Of a DNA stretch of 64,000 nt, positions 10,601-18,479 are shown piece by piece. Source of the stretch: a virus (taxonomy: Duplodnaviria; Caudoviricetes); the IMG/VR virus record IMGVR_UViG_3300020411_000002; one strand, 5' to 3'. A model generated the notes under the pieces. That model had not been told where the DNA came from. It saw only the letters and a program-made list of their open reading frames with translations, and did no database searches. Both the position numbers and the translations under genes were made by a program. Position 1 is the stretch's first letter; each line of letters opens with the position of its first letter.

Positions 10601-11558
10601 AAACACTTTCGTAAAACATAGAAGAAGCGAAAGCTGGCAAGCTAACAGAATGGTCTAACGTAGAACCAAGAACAAAATCTACAGAGGTCTCTGTAAGGAC
10701 AGCGCAGTACTCGTTAACTTGATACAGTCTATGAGGTTTGCGTATTAGCGTAAGAGTCTCAGTCGAAGTAACAGAACCAAAATCATCTACGGTTATAACG
10801 GTTAGGTCATTAGAGTCTCGGTGTGCTACATAGATAACATTTAAAACACTTGTAATAGAAATAGGAGCAGTTACATCAATAGTACCAATCTCACTATATG
10901 CAGTGTTTAGTAATTGTATTTTGTTTGAATGTTCAAAAGCTACTGCAAAGAATATACGCTTTTCAGAGGACGCAGAAAATACAGTCGTAGAATCTACAGG
11001 CCCATCGTAGTCAGTATCAATACGACCTACAAATACGCCTTCTGCATCCAATATAGAAATCTTATTTAAGTAATAATCTAACACATGATATTTTGTTCTA
11101 AGAATAGAGACCGCGCCTTTATCCACTTTTTTATCTGTTAGATTTTGAACAACTGGCTCAGTGCTATCACTAGATAGAGTAACAACACTGCTATTATCCT
11201 GAGCAACCCACTCAGAATCTGGTAATACTTCCCATGCGTACTTTCCGTTAAGCGCATCGTTGTACTCAAAGGTTTCATCGAACTTATTAATTAGTGCAAA
11301 TGTACCAACAAGCTCTTCGTCTTGAAAAAGCTGAGCAAAACGAGGAATGCCCAGAGAAGACCCAGAAGTAGCTCGTACTTCCACAGTATCTCCGGACACA
11401 GCATTCGTAGACGAACCTCGTTCGTTTCCATTTACTATAATAGTTCCTATGCTTACACGCAATGAAACCAATACTTCATCGGTAAGTATATATGCAGGAT
11501 TTGAAATCTCTACAGTATTAGGCTCTAGACCTGATTTATATCCAAGATCGTATAACAT
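7629..11558 (-). CDS. Putative long tail fibre/adhesin (beta-rich repeats, beta-propeller-like region, 15-aa periodic segment, Cys-rich tip)
   Basis: 1309 aa; five copies of an S..I.I....I.VNG....S....GD.V repeat; YVTN/NHL-like region (LYITHR, LYVSD); tail-gene context. Confidence 0.7.
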   Translation of the reverse strand: MLYDLGYKSGLEPNTVEISNPAYILTDEVLVSLRVSIGTIIVNGNERGSSTNAVSGDTVEVRATSGSSLGIPRFAQLFQDEELVGTFALINKFDETFEYNDALNGKYAWEVLPDSEWVAQDNSSVVTLSSDSTEPVVQNLTDKKVDKGAVSILRTKYHVLDYYLNKISILDAEGVFVGRIDTDYDGPVDSTTVFSASSEKRIFFAVAFEHSNKIQLLNTAYSEIGTIDVTAPISITSVLNVIYVAHRDSNDLTVITVDDFGSVTSTETLTLIRKPHRLYQVNEYCAVLTETSVDFVLGSTLDHSVSLPAFASSMFYESVLGRLYITHRQERKITIVELDFENNHTILLTSFFQGQGYLDGLAYDRDNETLYVSDIVESELLKLDSSLRVIDRIDLPSHSYELYFNNANSVLIASCLYPDIDERLIVSDGDPDPIDYKSIIDIPVGGTGRSDTYTIDGVRNPVTLYLYPDDSDVEVSVNTEEGSFTNGTVIQPYGEFYFEVSIPGGKARRIDFVLGQHAYSFTASPELKRLIPIDTTWNNNQFAETNTGYISNAIQIHGLDVIECTMELDYGTIYKNGVDVGSSTTVSNGDRVYIAATSHEENCQETFSTVTWGGIFESTWVITTRSEEPRDENKPEARSDFIDIFYAELGSEFISDAIIIDTAEPTLARINDDYNSSIIVNGVDVGQSAAIESGDSVQLKLTTKPVFGTAHQLVLSMCKTSVTWIVTTLPAMSMVPLDFGTIKGVTLGDKLQSEVINLDSVSSEFSVDIIIPRNTIPLINGSVPSEISPDELNYKGVLYEQKSIRVAGGSDIQLVGYALGVYGSTTVHRVVSGISQGSWNIQSLKTTDAIQSRELAPYIDREDAEVIGQSGVSVNHYDAEADVIVAKSFALEREIVPTSLPNMLVEKNLESSIVVPATFDFQYKGANYSKSNRPILDVAKSQAERSSNPSFFIDKFESVKSLHSAYGMDVEYLRSNRSTTTGQEIEYVKGASGIKPYTETDFDRTTSPIAYSVSIDYTKGANTNYLTYRNQEFIRNFAEMPFTEQGEFVTDTDRSDAVTSIDFKKRSVLSLEHEREFRIFTRNDLGFIEYEYGKLTFDMGKFFIQEFSKPNVEAAKAFVVDFNKPISSSVVNLEIDWNKHARAVSTAVHYLKVEVDGVQGLTSNTVNKTVVDNLYNIKYQSGYTLKVDDLESAFIDKPNAVTDYTYHSEVSLFAPTFVSLDTFSYTSLGSRTVTITESDCVALGNENCLDSGYFATENAALANAIGVWGVEGPAVRTYEVSPGCWIWAQKLPCVNSCYGCPSTGYIKGG

Positions 11559-11887
11559 TATTCACCTACAATCTTCGTAGTTCCATTCATTGACACTTCA
11601 CGGATGAAGCTTTTAAGTGCGATAGACTTTTGAGAAAAGCTTACCTTTTCAAAATCTCTACCATCAAACATGTTCAAGTGCATAGAGCAAAAGCGGTAGA
11701 TACAGTTAGAAATAGCTACTGACCTGCTTTCACAGGACGTAGTAAATCGTTCTCGTCTATTTTTATATTCGACTTGTACTACGTATTCTTTTACGTTACT
11801 AGTACTTTTAATTTTCGGTCTAAGTGGTGGGTACAAAGACCCACCATATTTATAAACCGATGCACTTAAAGGAATTGCATGTTCCAC
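11558..11887 (-). CDS. Hypothetical protein
   Basis: 109-aa ORF whose stop overlaps the next start (TAATG). Confidence 0.75.
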   Translation of the reverse strand: MEHAIPLSASVYKYGGSLYPPLRPKIKSTSNVKEYVVQVEYKNRRERFTTSCESRSVAISNCIYRFCSMHLNMFDGRDFEKVSFSQKSIALKSFIREVSMNGTTKIVGE

Positions 11888-11893
11888 GACACG

Positions 11894-12934
11894 TTAACGG
11901 GAAATAGTAATTCCCATTCCCTCGGTCTGGAAGTAAATACGCATACCTTTGTTGTCTTCGTGGTTAGCATTCAGTGCGCGATATTTACGAGGCTGAGCTT
12001 CACCATAAACACTAACCTCATGTTGGGCATACTGAGAAGTAACGTCAGCACTTGCATAGGCAATAATGTCTAACTCATGCGGATATGAATAGCGCTGAGT
12101 GTTCAAGCCACGAGGAAAGTTAATGATGTATTTACCATCTTCATAGATAGACGTTTGCTGAATGCTGTTAATGATTCGTGTACTATCCGCAGTATCTACA
12201 GTAGCAGAGACCGGGAATGTAGGAGCGTTAACGTCTTTCTCGCGAACAACAAACTTCATGATACCATCTAGTTCAGAAGTATTTAAGTCTGAACCGCCAC
12301 CACCTGTATGAGAGAATACACAGAACAGAGGTGCTTTACCATCTACTACGATTGCACCAGTTGAATCTACCATACGACCAATAGTGAACCATGCAAACTT
12401 GTCACCGTCACCATCGTAAGATTCAGCCCACATACAGAAAGCGATACCACGGTCTGTAACGGTTAAAAAGTATGAAATAGGAACAGATTCTTCGTCGTTT
12501 CCATCAAATCCCCAATTCTCGTAAGAGAAGAAATGATTGCGGTCACCGCCAGTTAACACTTGGCTATTTTTAAACATGAAACCTGATTTAGAAACGTTGG
12601 TATTGTTACCATCTGTTTTTGAAGTAGCTACTGTAACTTCACCTCTATCACCAAGAATTAGCTGAGTAGGTGTAAAGGTATAGATATCCAGTACGTCATC
12701 AGCATCGTCTGCAACAATGTAAAGAAGCCAAGGCTGGTCTTCATCACCTGCTAGAGGGTCAACTGTAGTATCAGGTTTTAATAGAATGCTCTTGTGTGAA
12801 TCTACTAAAGACAAATCCGCATTCTGGTCATCTACGCTAACTAAACTAAAACCGTTAGCTGTCAGGTCAGTTGCAAGAGTAGCGATAAGATTTTCTACAC
12901 TTACAAAGTTATTCTTTTCGACTGTAAAGCCCAT
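11894..12934 (-). CDS. Putative virion structural protein, paralogue 1 of 5
   Basis: Shares MGF.V...., DPLA, PLFCVFS, FVVRE.DV..P, ADS.RIIN..QQ, QRY.Y.HELD, SADV, KGMR motifs with four neighbours; GGAGA RBS. Confidence 0.8.
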   Translation of the reverse strand: MGFTVEKNNFVSVENLIATLATDLTANGFSLVSVDDQNADLSLVDSHKSILLKPDTTVDPLAGDEDQPWLLYIVADDADDVLDIYTFTPTQLILGDRGEVTVATSKTDGNNTNVSKSGFMFKNSQVLTGGDRNHFFSYENWGFDGNDEESVPISYFLTVTDRGIAFCMWAESYDGDGDKFAWFTIGRMVDSTGAIVVDGKAPLFCVFSHTGGGGSDLNTSELDGIMKFVVREKDVNAPTFPVSATVDTADSTRIINSIQQTSIYEDGKYIINFPRGLNTQRYSYPHELDIIAYASADVTSQYAQHEVSVYGEAQPRKYRALNANHEDNKGMRIYFQTEGMGITISR

Positions 12935-12946
12935 TGTAGTCTCCTA

Positions 12947-14146
12947 TTAATCGATTCCGTTACCGCTTGTTTGCATTACCATACGCATACCTTTATTATA
13001 CGTAGAGTTAGCACCAAGTCCGGCGTATTCACGAGCAGCACTTTCACCGTAGAAAGTAAGCTCGATAGTGTTGTCGTGTGAGATAGCATCGGCACTAGTG
13101 TAGCCAATCATATCTAGCTCATGAGGATAGCCGTAACGTTGAGAGTTTAGTCCATTAGGAAAATGAACAATAAACCTCTCGTCTTCGCCAATTGCAACCT
13201 GCTGCACTGCATTGATAATACGATTACTATCCGCAGTATCTACAGTAGCAGAAACAGGAAATGTAGGAGTGGTAACGTCTGCTTCACGAGTAACCATGTA
13301 CAGGACTTGTGTAGGGTTTGATACGTTAAGATTTTTATCGCCATTACCCTCTAGTGAGAATACGGTAAACAGCGGACTCTTACCATCAACAATAACAGCA
13401 CCATTGTCTTTGTCTACCATTCGCTGAGTACAGAACCAAGCTTGGTTTTGACCTTCGCTGTCATAAGACTCACCCCACAATGCAAATGCAATTCCATGGT
13501 CTGAGATTGAAAGACGATAGCTAAGTGGGTGTGCAGCGAAGTCACCTACACGACCCCAGTTTGGTTGATTCTTCTGAGTGAAATCTTTTTCTTGGTTTTG
13601 TTTATCGTCATTAAAACAATAGAAAAAGCCGTTAGTATAGTCCCTAGCAGTACCCGAACCACCTTTAATGTCTAAGTGTGTACGAATCAAACTATCGTAA
13701 CCTAAGAAGCCCGCACCTTGTTCAGTTTGCTCACGAGTACCATAGCCTGATGTATTATAAGGCATAAAGTCTTTAAAGTACTTGTAAGCAATTCTCCACG
13801 TACCATCTGGATTCTCTACAATCTGAGTAGGTGTGCATATCCAAACACGTAGCCAGTTTTGATGACCGTCACTGAACTTGTACGATAGCTTACCAGAACC
13901 GTCATCGCCTACAGTAGATCGTGCTGTAATAAACACAATCCAAGGCTGGTCTTCATCACCTGCTAGAGGATCTACAGTTGTAGTAGCTTTCAAACAAACA
14001 GACTCTGTTTCGTCTGTTGGTGTTCCAGCACCCGCTGCACCGTTTAAGTAGATTACTTCAAATCCATTACTTGCCATATCATTAGCTACAGCAGTAAGTA
14101 ACTGAGTGGCTTTTGAGTAACCTTGGCGTTTAACGCTAAAGCCCAT
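12947..14146 (-). CDS. Putative virion structural protein, paralogue 2 of 5 (longer central region)
   Basis: Same conserved motifs; about 50 extra residues in the central variable region. Confidence 0.8.
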   Translation of the reverse strand: MGFSVKRQGYSKATQLLTAVANDMASNGFEVIYLNGAAGAGTPTDETESVCLKATTTVDPLAGDEDQPWIVFITARSTVGDDGSGKLSYKFSDGHQNWLRVWICTPTQIVENPDGTWRIAYKYFKDFMPYNTSGYGTREQTEQGAGFLGYDSLIRTHLDIKGGSGTARDYTNGFFYCFNDDKQNQEKDFTQKNQPNWGRVGDFAAHPLSYRLSISDHGIAFALWGESYDSEGQNQAWFCTQRMVDKDNGAVIVDGKSPLFTVFSLEGNGDKNLNVSNPTQVLYMVTREADVTTPTFPVSATVDTADSNRIINAVQQVAIGEDERFIVHFPNGLNSQRYGYPHELDMIGYTSADAISHDNTIELTFYGESAAREYAGLGANSTYNKGMRMVMQTSGNGID

Positions 14147-14161
14147 GTTTATTCTCCAAAA

Positions 14162-15163
14162 TTATTCACCGCCTTCCGTCCAGAACATAACGCGCATACC
14201 TTTGTTGAAAGGTTGTTGTGCATTCATTCCGACATACTTGCGGGCAGTTGCTTCGTTAAAAGGATTTACTTCAAGTTCTATTGATTGACTTAATACATCG
14301 GCAGATATAATACCAATTAAATCTAGCTGGTGGATATATCCATAACGCTGTGTACATAGTCCGTTGGGAAAGGTCATTACAATAGTATCGTCCTCTCTTA
14401 TAGAAACTTGTTGCTTACTATTGATAATACGATTGCTATCGGCAGTGTCAGTTGTAGCAGATACAGGAAATGTAGGTGCGTTAACATCTTTCTCACGAAC
14501 AACGAATTGATAAATATCGTCAATGTCGTTTGTTCTTGAAGCAGCAAGACCTCTAGTTGAGAATACACAAAATAGAGGACTCTTGCCTTTAGTTACCACA
14601 CTGCCTGATTTAGTTACCATACGTTGACAACAAAGCCAGAAGAACTTATCACCTGCATTGTCGTAAGACTCCACCCAAATAGAAAGAGTAAATCCATGCG
14701 GATGAAATGAAACTTGGTAACTCATTGGGTTAGCTTGTGTGTCGCTGCCTAATATGTCCCAATTCTCAAAGCTTACAGTTCGTGAACTTCCAGCTTCTGA
14801 ACCAATCCTATTCAAACTACCTTTAGTAAGCTTGCCACTCAAGTAATCAGTTTCATCAACTGCTCTACGTACTGCAATACGGAAGTCACCGTCTATGTCT
14901 ATTACTTGATCTCGTCCAGTAATATAAAAGTCCAACCACTGCTCCTGTTCGTCATAGAATAACGATAAAGACCAAGGTTGATTAGAGACTATTGGGTCAA
15001 CGATAGAAGTAGCGTTCATACAAACTTTAGAGTTTATATTTGCAATGCTGTCAGTAGCTGTTCCGTCTACGTTAACAACATCAAACCCATTAGCCTTTAA
15101 AATACCTACGAGATCAACGACAAGACTTTTAAATGTAGAAAAGCCATTACGTTGAATATTCAT
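14162..15163 (-). CDS. Putative virion structural protein, paralogue 3 of 5
   Basis: Same conserved motifs (SPLFCVFS, VVREKDVNAPTFPVSAT, QRYGY, NKGMR). Confidence 0.8.
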   Translation of the reverse strand: MNIQRNGFSTFKSLVVDLVGILKANGFDVVNVDGTATDSIANINSKVCMNATSIVDPIVSNQPWSLSLFYDEQEQWLDFYITGRDQVIDIDGDFRIAVRRAVDETDYLSGKLTKGSLNRIGSEAGSSRTVSFENWDILGSDTQANPMSYQVSFHPHGFTLSIWVESYDNAGDKFFWLCCQRMVTKSGSVVTKGKSPLFCVFSTRGLAASRTNDIDDIYQFVVREKDVNAPTFPVSATTDTADSNRIINSKQQVSIREDDTIVMTFPNGLCTQRYGYIHQLDLIGIISADVLSQSIELEVNPFNEATARKYVGMNAQQPFNKGMRVMFWTEGGE

Positions 15164-16179
15164 TATGCAATACCTGCACCTTTAGTTAGACACATGATAC
15201 GCATACCAGTGTTCTTAGGGAAGTTAGCCTGCATACCTACGTATTCTCTGTTCTCACCTTCATCGTACATGCCGATTGGTACTACTTGGTTTTGAGAAAT
15301 AACGTCTGCGCTAGTGTAAGCAATCATATCTAACTCGTAAGCGTAAGCATAACGTTGTGTGTTAATGCCTTGTGGAAAGAAAACAATATATTTGTTCTCT
15401 TCTGATAACGCTACTTGCTGAATAGGATTGATAATAGCACGAGAGTCAGGTCCTGATTTAACTGCGCTTTCAGGTCTGGTAGGTGCGTTGATATCTGTTT
15501 CGTAAACAACGAATTGAAGTATTCCGTTTTCTACTGCATCAAGGTTTTCTGAGTCTGCAATGTCTGTACTTCCACCACCTGCTGTAGCAAATACACAAAA
15601 CAAAGGACTCTTGCCTGTAGTTACTACAGTACCATCTTTCTGCACAGGTCTTTGAATAGTAAACCAGCTAAAACAATCGCCAGCTTTATCGAAAGATTCT
15701 GCCCAAACAAAGAAGCTTATACCATGATCGGAAATAGACAGTCGGAAACTTATTGGAATAGCGCGAGGGTCTACGCCGCCAATGTTGAAACAACTCCAAT
15801 TAGAATCTGTTCTAGACATGAACTTAGTGTTCGGGTCATCAACCTTGTTGTTTAAGAACATGTGACCTGATTGTGTACCAGTAGCATTAGCAGCTACAGT
15901 AAACGTGTCAGTGATTTGAGTATTATGTACTGCCCAAAAGCGTAGGTATCCACCTTGTGCTTCTGTAGCATCCATGACTAGTCGCCATTCTTGGTCAACT
16001 GGATCTACACTAGCAGTCGGAGCAAATACATAACTTGTTGTACTATCACTCGGCGCTGGATTTGTAGCACTACCATTAACTGCAAGCAAGGTGAAGCCGT
16101 TAGCTATTAGTAAGTCTGCAAGATCTTTACCGAGCTTTTGTACAGATACGTAATTGTTACGTTCTACGGAAAAGCCCAT
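15163..16179 (-). CDS. Putative virion structural protein, paralogue 4 of 5
   Basis: Same conserved motifs (SPLFCVF, IINPIQQ, QRYAY.YELDMIAYTSADV). Confidence 0.8.
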   Translation of the reverse strand: MGFSVERNNYVSVQKLGKDLADLLIANGFTLLAVNGSATNPAPSDSTTSYVFAPTASVDPVDQEWRLVMDATEAQGGYLRFWAVHNTQITDTFTVAANATGTQSGHMFLNNKVDDPNTKFMSRTDSNWSCFNIGGVDPRAIPISFRLSISDHGISFFVWAESFDKAGDCFSWFTIQRPVQKDGTVVTTGKSPLFCVFATAGGGSTDIADSENLDAVENGILQFVVYETDINAPTRPESAVKSGPDSRAIINPIQQVALSEENKYIVFFPQGINTQRYAYAYELDMIAYTSADVISQNQVVPIGMYDEGENREYVGMQANFPKNTGMRIMCLTKGAGIA

Positions 16180-16192
16180 CTAAGTTCTCCTG

Positions 16193-16633
16193 TTAAAGAA
16201 AGCGTTTGAAGTCAAATAGACCTCTTTCGTGTTTAAAGTGATTTATCAGAATCTTAAATTCTTCTGAATTTCTGTCCATCCACTCGGCTGGTGGGTTAGC
16301 GTGTTGGATAAAGTCTTTGTTAAACTTTCTATACTCATTAGCAAACTTTGGATCAGAGTTAAGCTTTTGTTGCATCAACTCGCCGTCTATTTCGTTCTTT
16401 CGAGAAAACGCATCATAGAGTCTGTTCTTAGCATCTTTGCCGTAAAGAAAAATGAAAAGCTCTGGACGTTTGTATTTACGGTAGAGTTCTAAAGCTTCAA
16501 AGAAAACTTCCGCAACTTTAATTATGTCGGCGGTCTTTGTTTCCAAGTAATAAATCTTGTTCATTACTTTTTGAAACTCTGCCGCTAAGCCTATCTTGAC
16601 TATCTTTCCAGATAGAGTCATTAGTACTTTCAT
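16193..16633 (-). CDS. Hypothetical protein interrupting the paralogue array
   Basis: 146-aa basic/aromatic helical ORF, coupled by TAATG to the upstream stop, unrelated to the flanking paralogues. Confidence 0.8.
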   Translation of the reverse strand: MKVLMTLSGKIVKIGLAAEFQKVMNKIYYLETKTADIIKVAEVFFEALELYRKYKRPELFIFLYGKDAKNRLYDAFSRKNEIDGELMQQKLNSDPKFANEYRKFNKDFIQHANPPAEWMDRNSEEFKILINHFKHERGLFDFKRFL

Positions 16634-17664
16634 TACATTCCCTTACCGCCAATCTGACAAAGTATTCTCATACCCTTATTGTCTTTAACGTTAGCATTAA
16701 GAGCTTTGTAGGTACGTGCTGTTTCTTCGCCAAATACAGTAAAGCTAGGTCGTGACCATTGGCTTAATACGTCGGCACTTGTATAAGCTATCATATCTAG
16801 CTTGTAGTCGTATAGATAACGAGGAGTGCTAAAGCCTTGTGGAAATCTAATCACATAGCTATTATCTTCAAGTATGGAAACCTGCTGTACTGGATTAATC
16901 ATGGGAAAGCTATCCGCAGTAGGAATACAAGCAGATGCAGGAGGAATAGGTTTGTTTACGTCATCTTCACGTACAACGAAATAGTAGATAGAGTTATATA
17001 CTACTGCATTAGACGCATCATTGAGATAGCGGTCTTCGCCTAATCCACGCTGAGAGAACATACACATTAACGGACTCTTACCCTCTGTGATAATAAGACC
17101 TGTGTTGCAATCGACTGGACGTTGAATGAGAAACCAATTGAAACAGTCACCTGCATTGTCAAATGATTCAGCCCACATTGAAAAGAATACACCGTGATCG
17201 GTAATAGACAAATGGTAGCTAAGCGGAATGGCTTTAATGTCTACATTATCAGGTTTGAAGCATGACCAAAGAGTTCTATCTTTATGTCTAGTAAAGAACT
17301 CAGAACCGCTTACTTCTCGGTCACTTGAGTTCTTTGGACTTAATCTACCAGATTCTCGTTTTTCTTCATACTCAGTAGGAGATTGCGTATTATCAATCTG
17401 AGTAGGCGTACAAACCCAAAAATTAATATATTGGCCTGAATCGCTGCAATCCATTATAAGAAGCCAAGGTTGATTTTCGTCTTCTGCTAACGGGTCTACA
17501 GAGGTAGTAGCTTTGAAGATATACTGCTTAGTATTAGGAGTGATTTGACCTCCATAGAACTTATCTGTGGCTATAACCTCGAAAGCACCGCTAATGTTTA
17601 AATCAGTAGCTAACTGAAAGCCTAGTCGATTTAAGTCAGTAAAGCCGTTACGTTCTACATTCAT
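16633..17664 (-). CDS. Putative virion structural protein, paralogue 5 of 5
   Basis: Same conserved motifs (VDPLAED..QPW, SPLMCMFS, FVVREDDVN.P, YTSADVLSQ, NKGMR). Confidence 0.8.
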   Translation of the reverse strand: MNVERNGFTDLNRLGFQLATDLNISGAFEVIATDKFYGGQITPNTKQYIFKATTSVDPLAEDENQPWLLIMDCSDSGQYINFWVCTPTQIDNTQSPTEYEEKRESGRLSPKNSSDREVSGSEFFTRHKDRTLWSCFKPDNVDIKAIPLSYHLSITDHGVFFSMWAESFDNAGDCFNWFLIQRPVDCNTGLIITEGKSPLMCMFSQRGLGEDRYLNDASNAVVYNSIYYFVVREDDVNKPIPPASACIPTADSFPMINPVQQVSILEDNSYVIRFPQGFSTPRYLYDYKLDMIAYTSADVLSQWSRPSFTVFGEETARTYKALNANVKDNKGMRILCQIGGKGM

Positions 17665-18467
17665 TATTCTAACACCAAATAAGTTAATGTCATTTTAGGG
17701 GTAATAGGTCCGTCACCGACATTAGTAAATCTAAAATAAGCACTTCGAGTAGAGGGTTCTTCCATGTTAGCTAAGAAGCTATATCTACGAAAGAACTCAT
17801 AAGAGCCGTCATCTGAAACACGAATACCTTGGTCAACCAATAGATTAACATCAGATATAAAAGTATATGGATTCAAATCAGAACGATTAGGTCCTGTGAA
17901 GCCTTCAACTTTCAAATCGTATGCATTTACTTCTAGCTTCAACATCATAATCGTTTTGCCTACATCAGGAATAACGAAGTCATGAGTTTCACCAGACTGC
18001 ATTTGCTCAGGCGCTGTATACTCTACAATACCACGAGAACCTGCATTAGATATATAATCCATCCACACAGGTTTGCTTTGAGCATTAAGACCAAGAATCT
18101 GACCGGGTGTGCCTGGCACTGGTACTATACGATTCGGGTCTATGCTTAAAGTATTTTCACCAAGAACTTGAATAGGAGCTTCGACTTGGTAGTCTGCACC
18201 AAACTTTAACTCTTCCCAAGTTTCTTTATCTGCCGTTAGCTTGTAGATGGTAGAATCTTCTACCACATAAGCAAGCTGTCCTTCTTTACGGGCATCAAAC
18301 TGTTCTAGCATACCATTAAAAGACTTACGCTTAGAATCTTCTATCCAAGTGTTGCGGTCAGCTATCGTTTTGAATACACGATAGCCGCCTTTAAGATAAG
18401 AGTCTTCAATAAGATATGGTATGTTAGCACTAGAAGGCACAAAGTAACTAGTAGCTGAAATTGGCAT
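17664..18467 (-). CDS. Putative tail-associated structural protein
   Basis: KGGYRVFKTIADRN...RKEGQLAYVVEDSTIYKL resembles a motif common in phage tail/fibre proteins; tail context. Confidence 0.6.
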   Translation of the reverse strand: MPISATSYFVPSSANIPYLIEDSYLKGGYRVFKTIADRNTWIEDSKRKSFNGMLEQFDARKEGQLAYVVEDSTIYKLTADKETWEELKFGADYQVEAPIQVLGENTLSIDPNRIVPVPGTPGQILGLNAQSKPVWMDYISNAGSRGIVEYTAPEQMQSGETHDFVIPDVGKTIMMLKLEVNAYDLKVEGFTGPNRSDLNPYTFISDVNLLVDQGIRVSDDGSYEFFRRYSFLANMEEPSTRSAYFRFTNVGDGPITPKMTLTYLVLE

Positions 18468-18479
18468 ACCTTACTCCTA

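Noticed and set aside
11894-17664. Diversity-generating retroelement or invertase-driven fibre switching
   Set aside because: No reverse transcriptase, recombinase, TR/VR pair with adenine-specific mismatches, or inverted cassettes in the window
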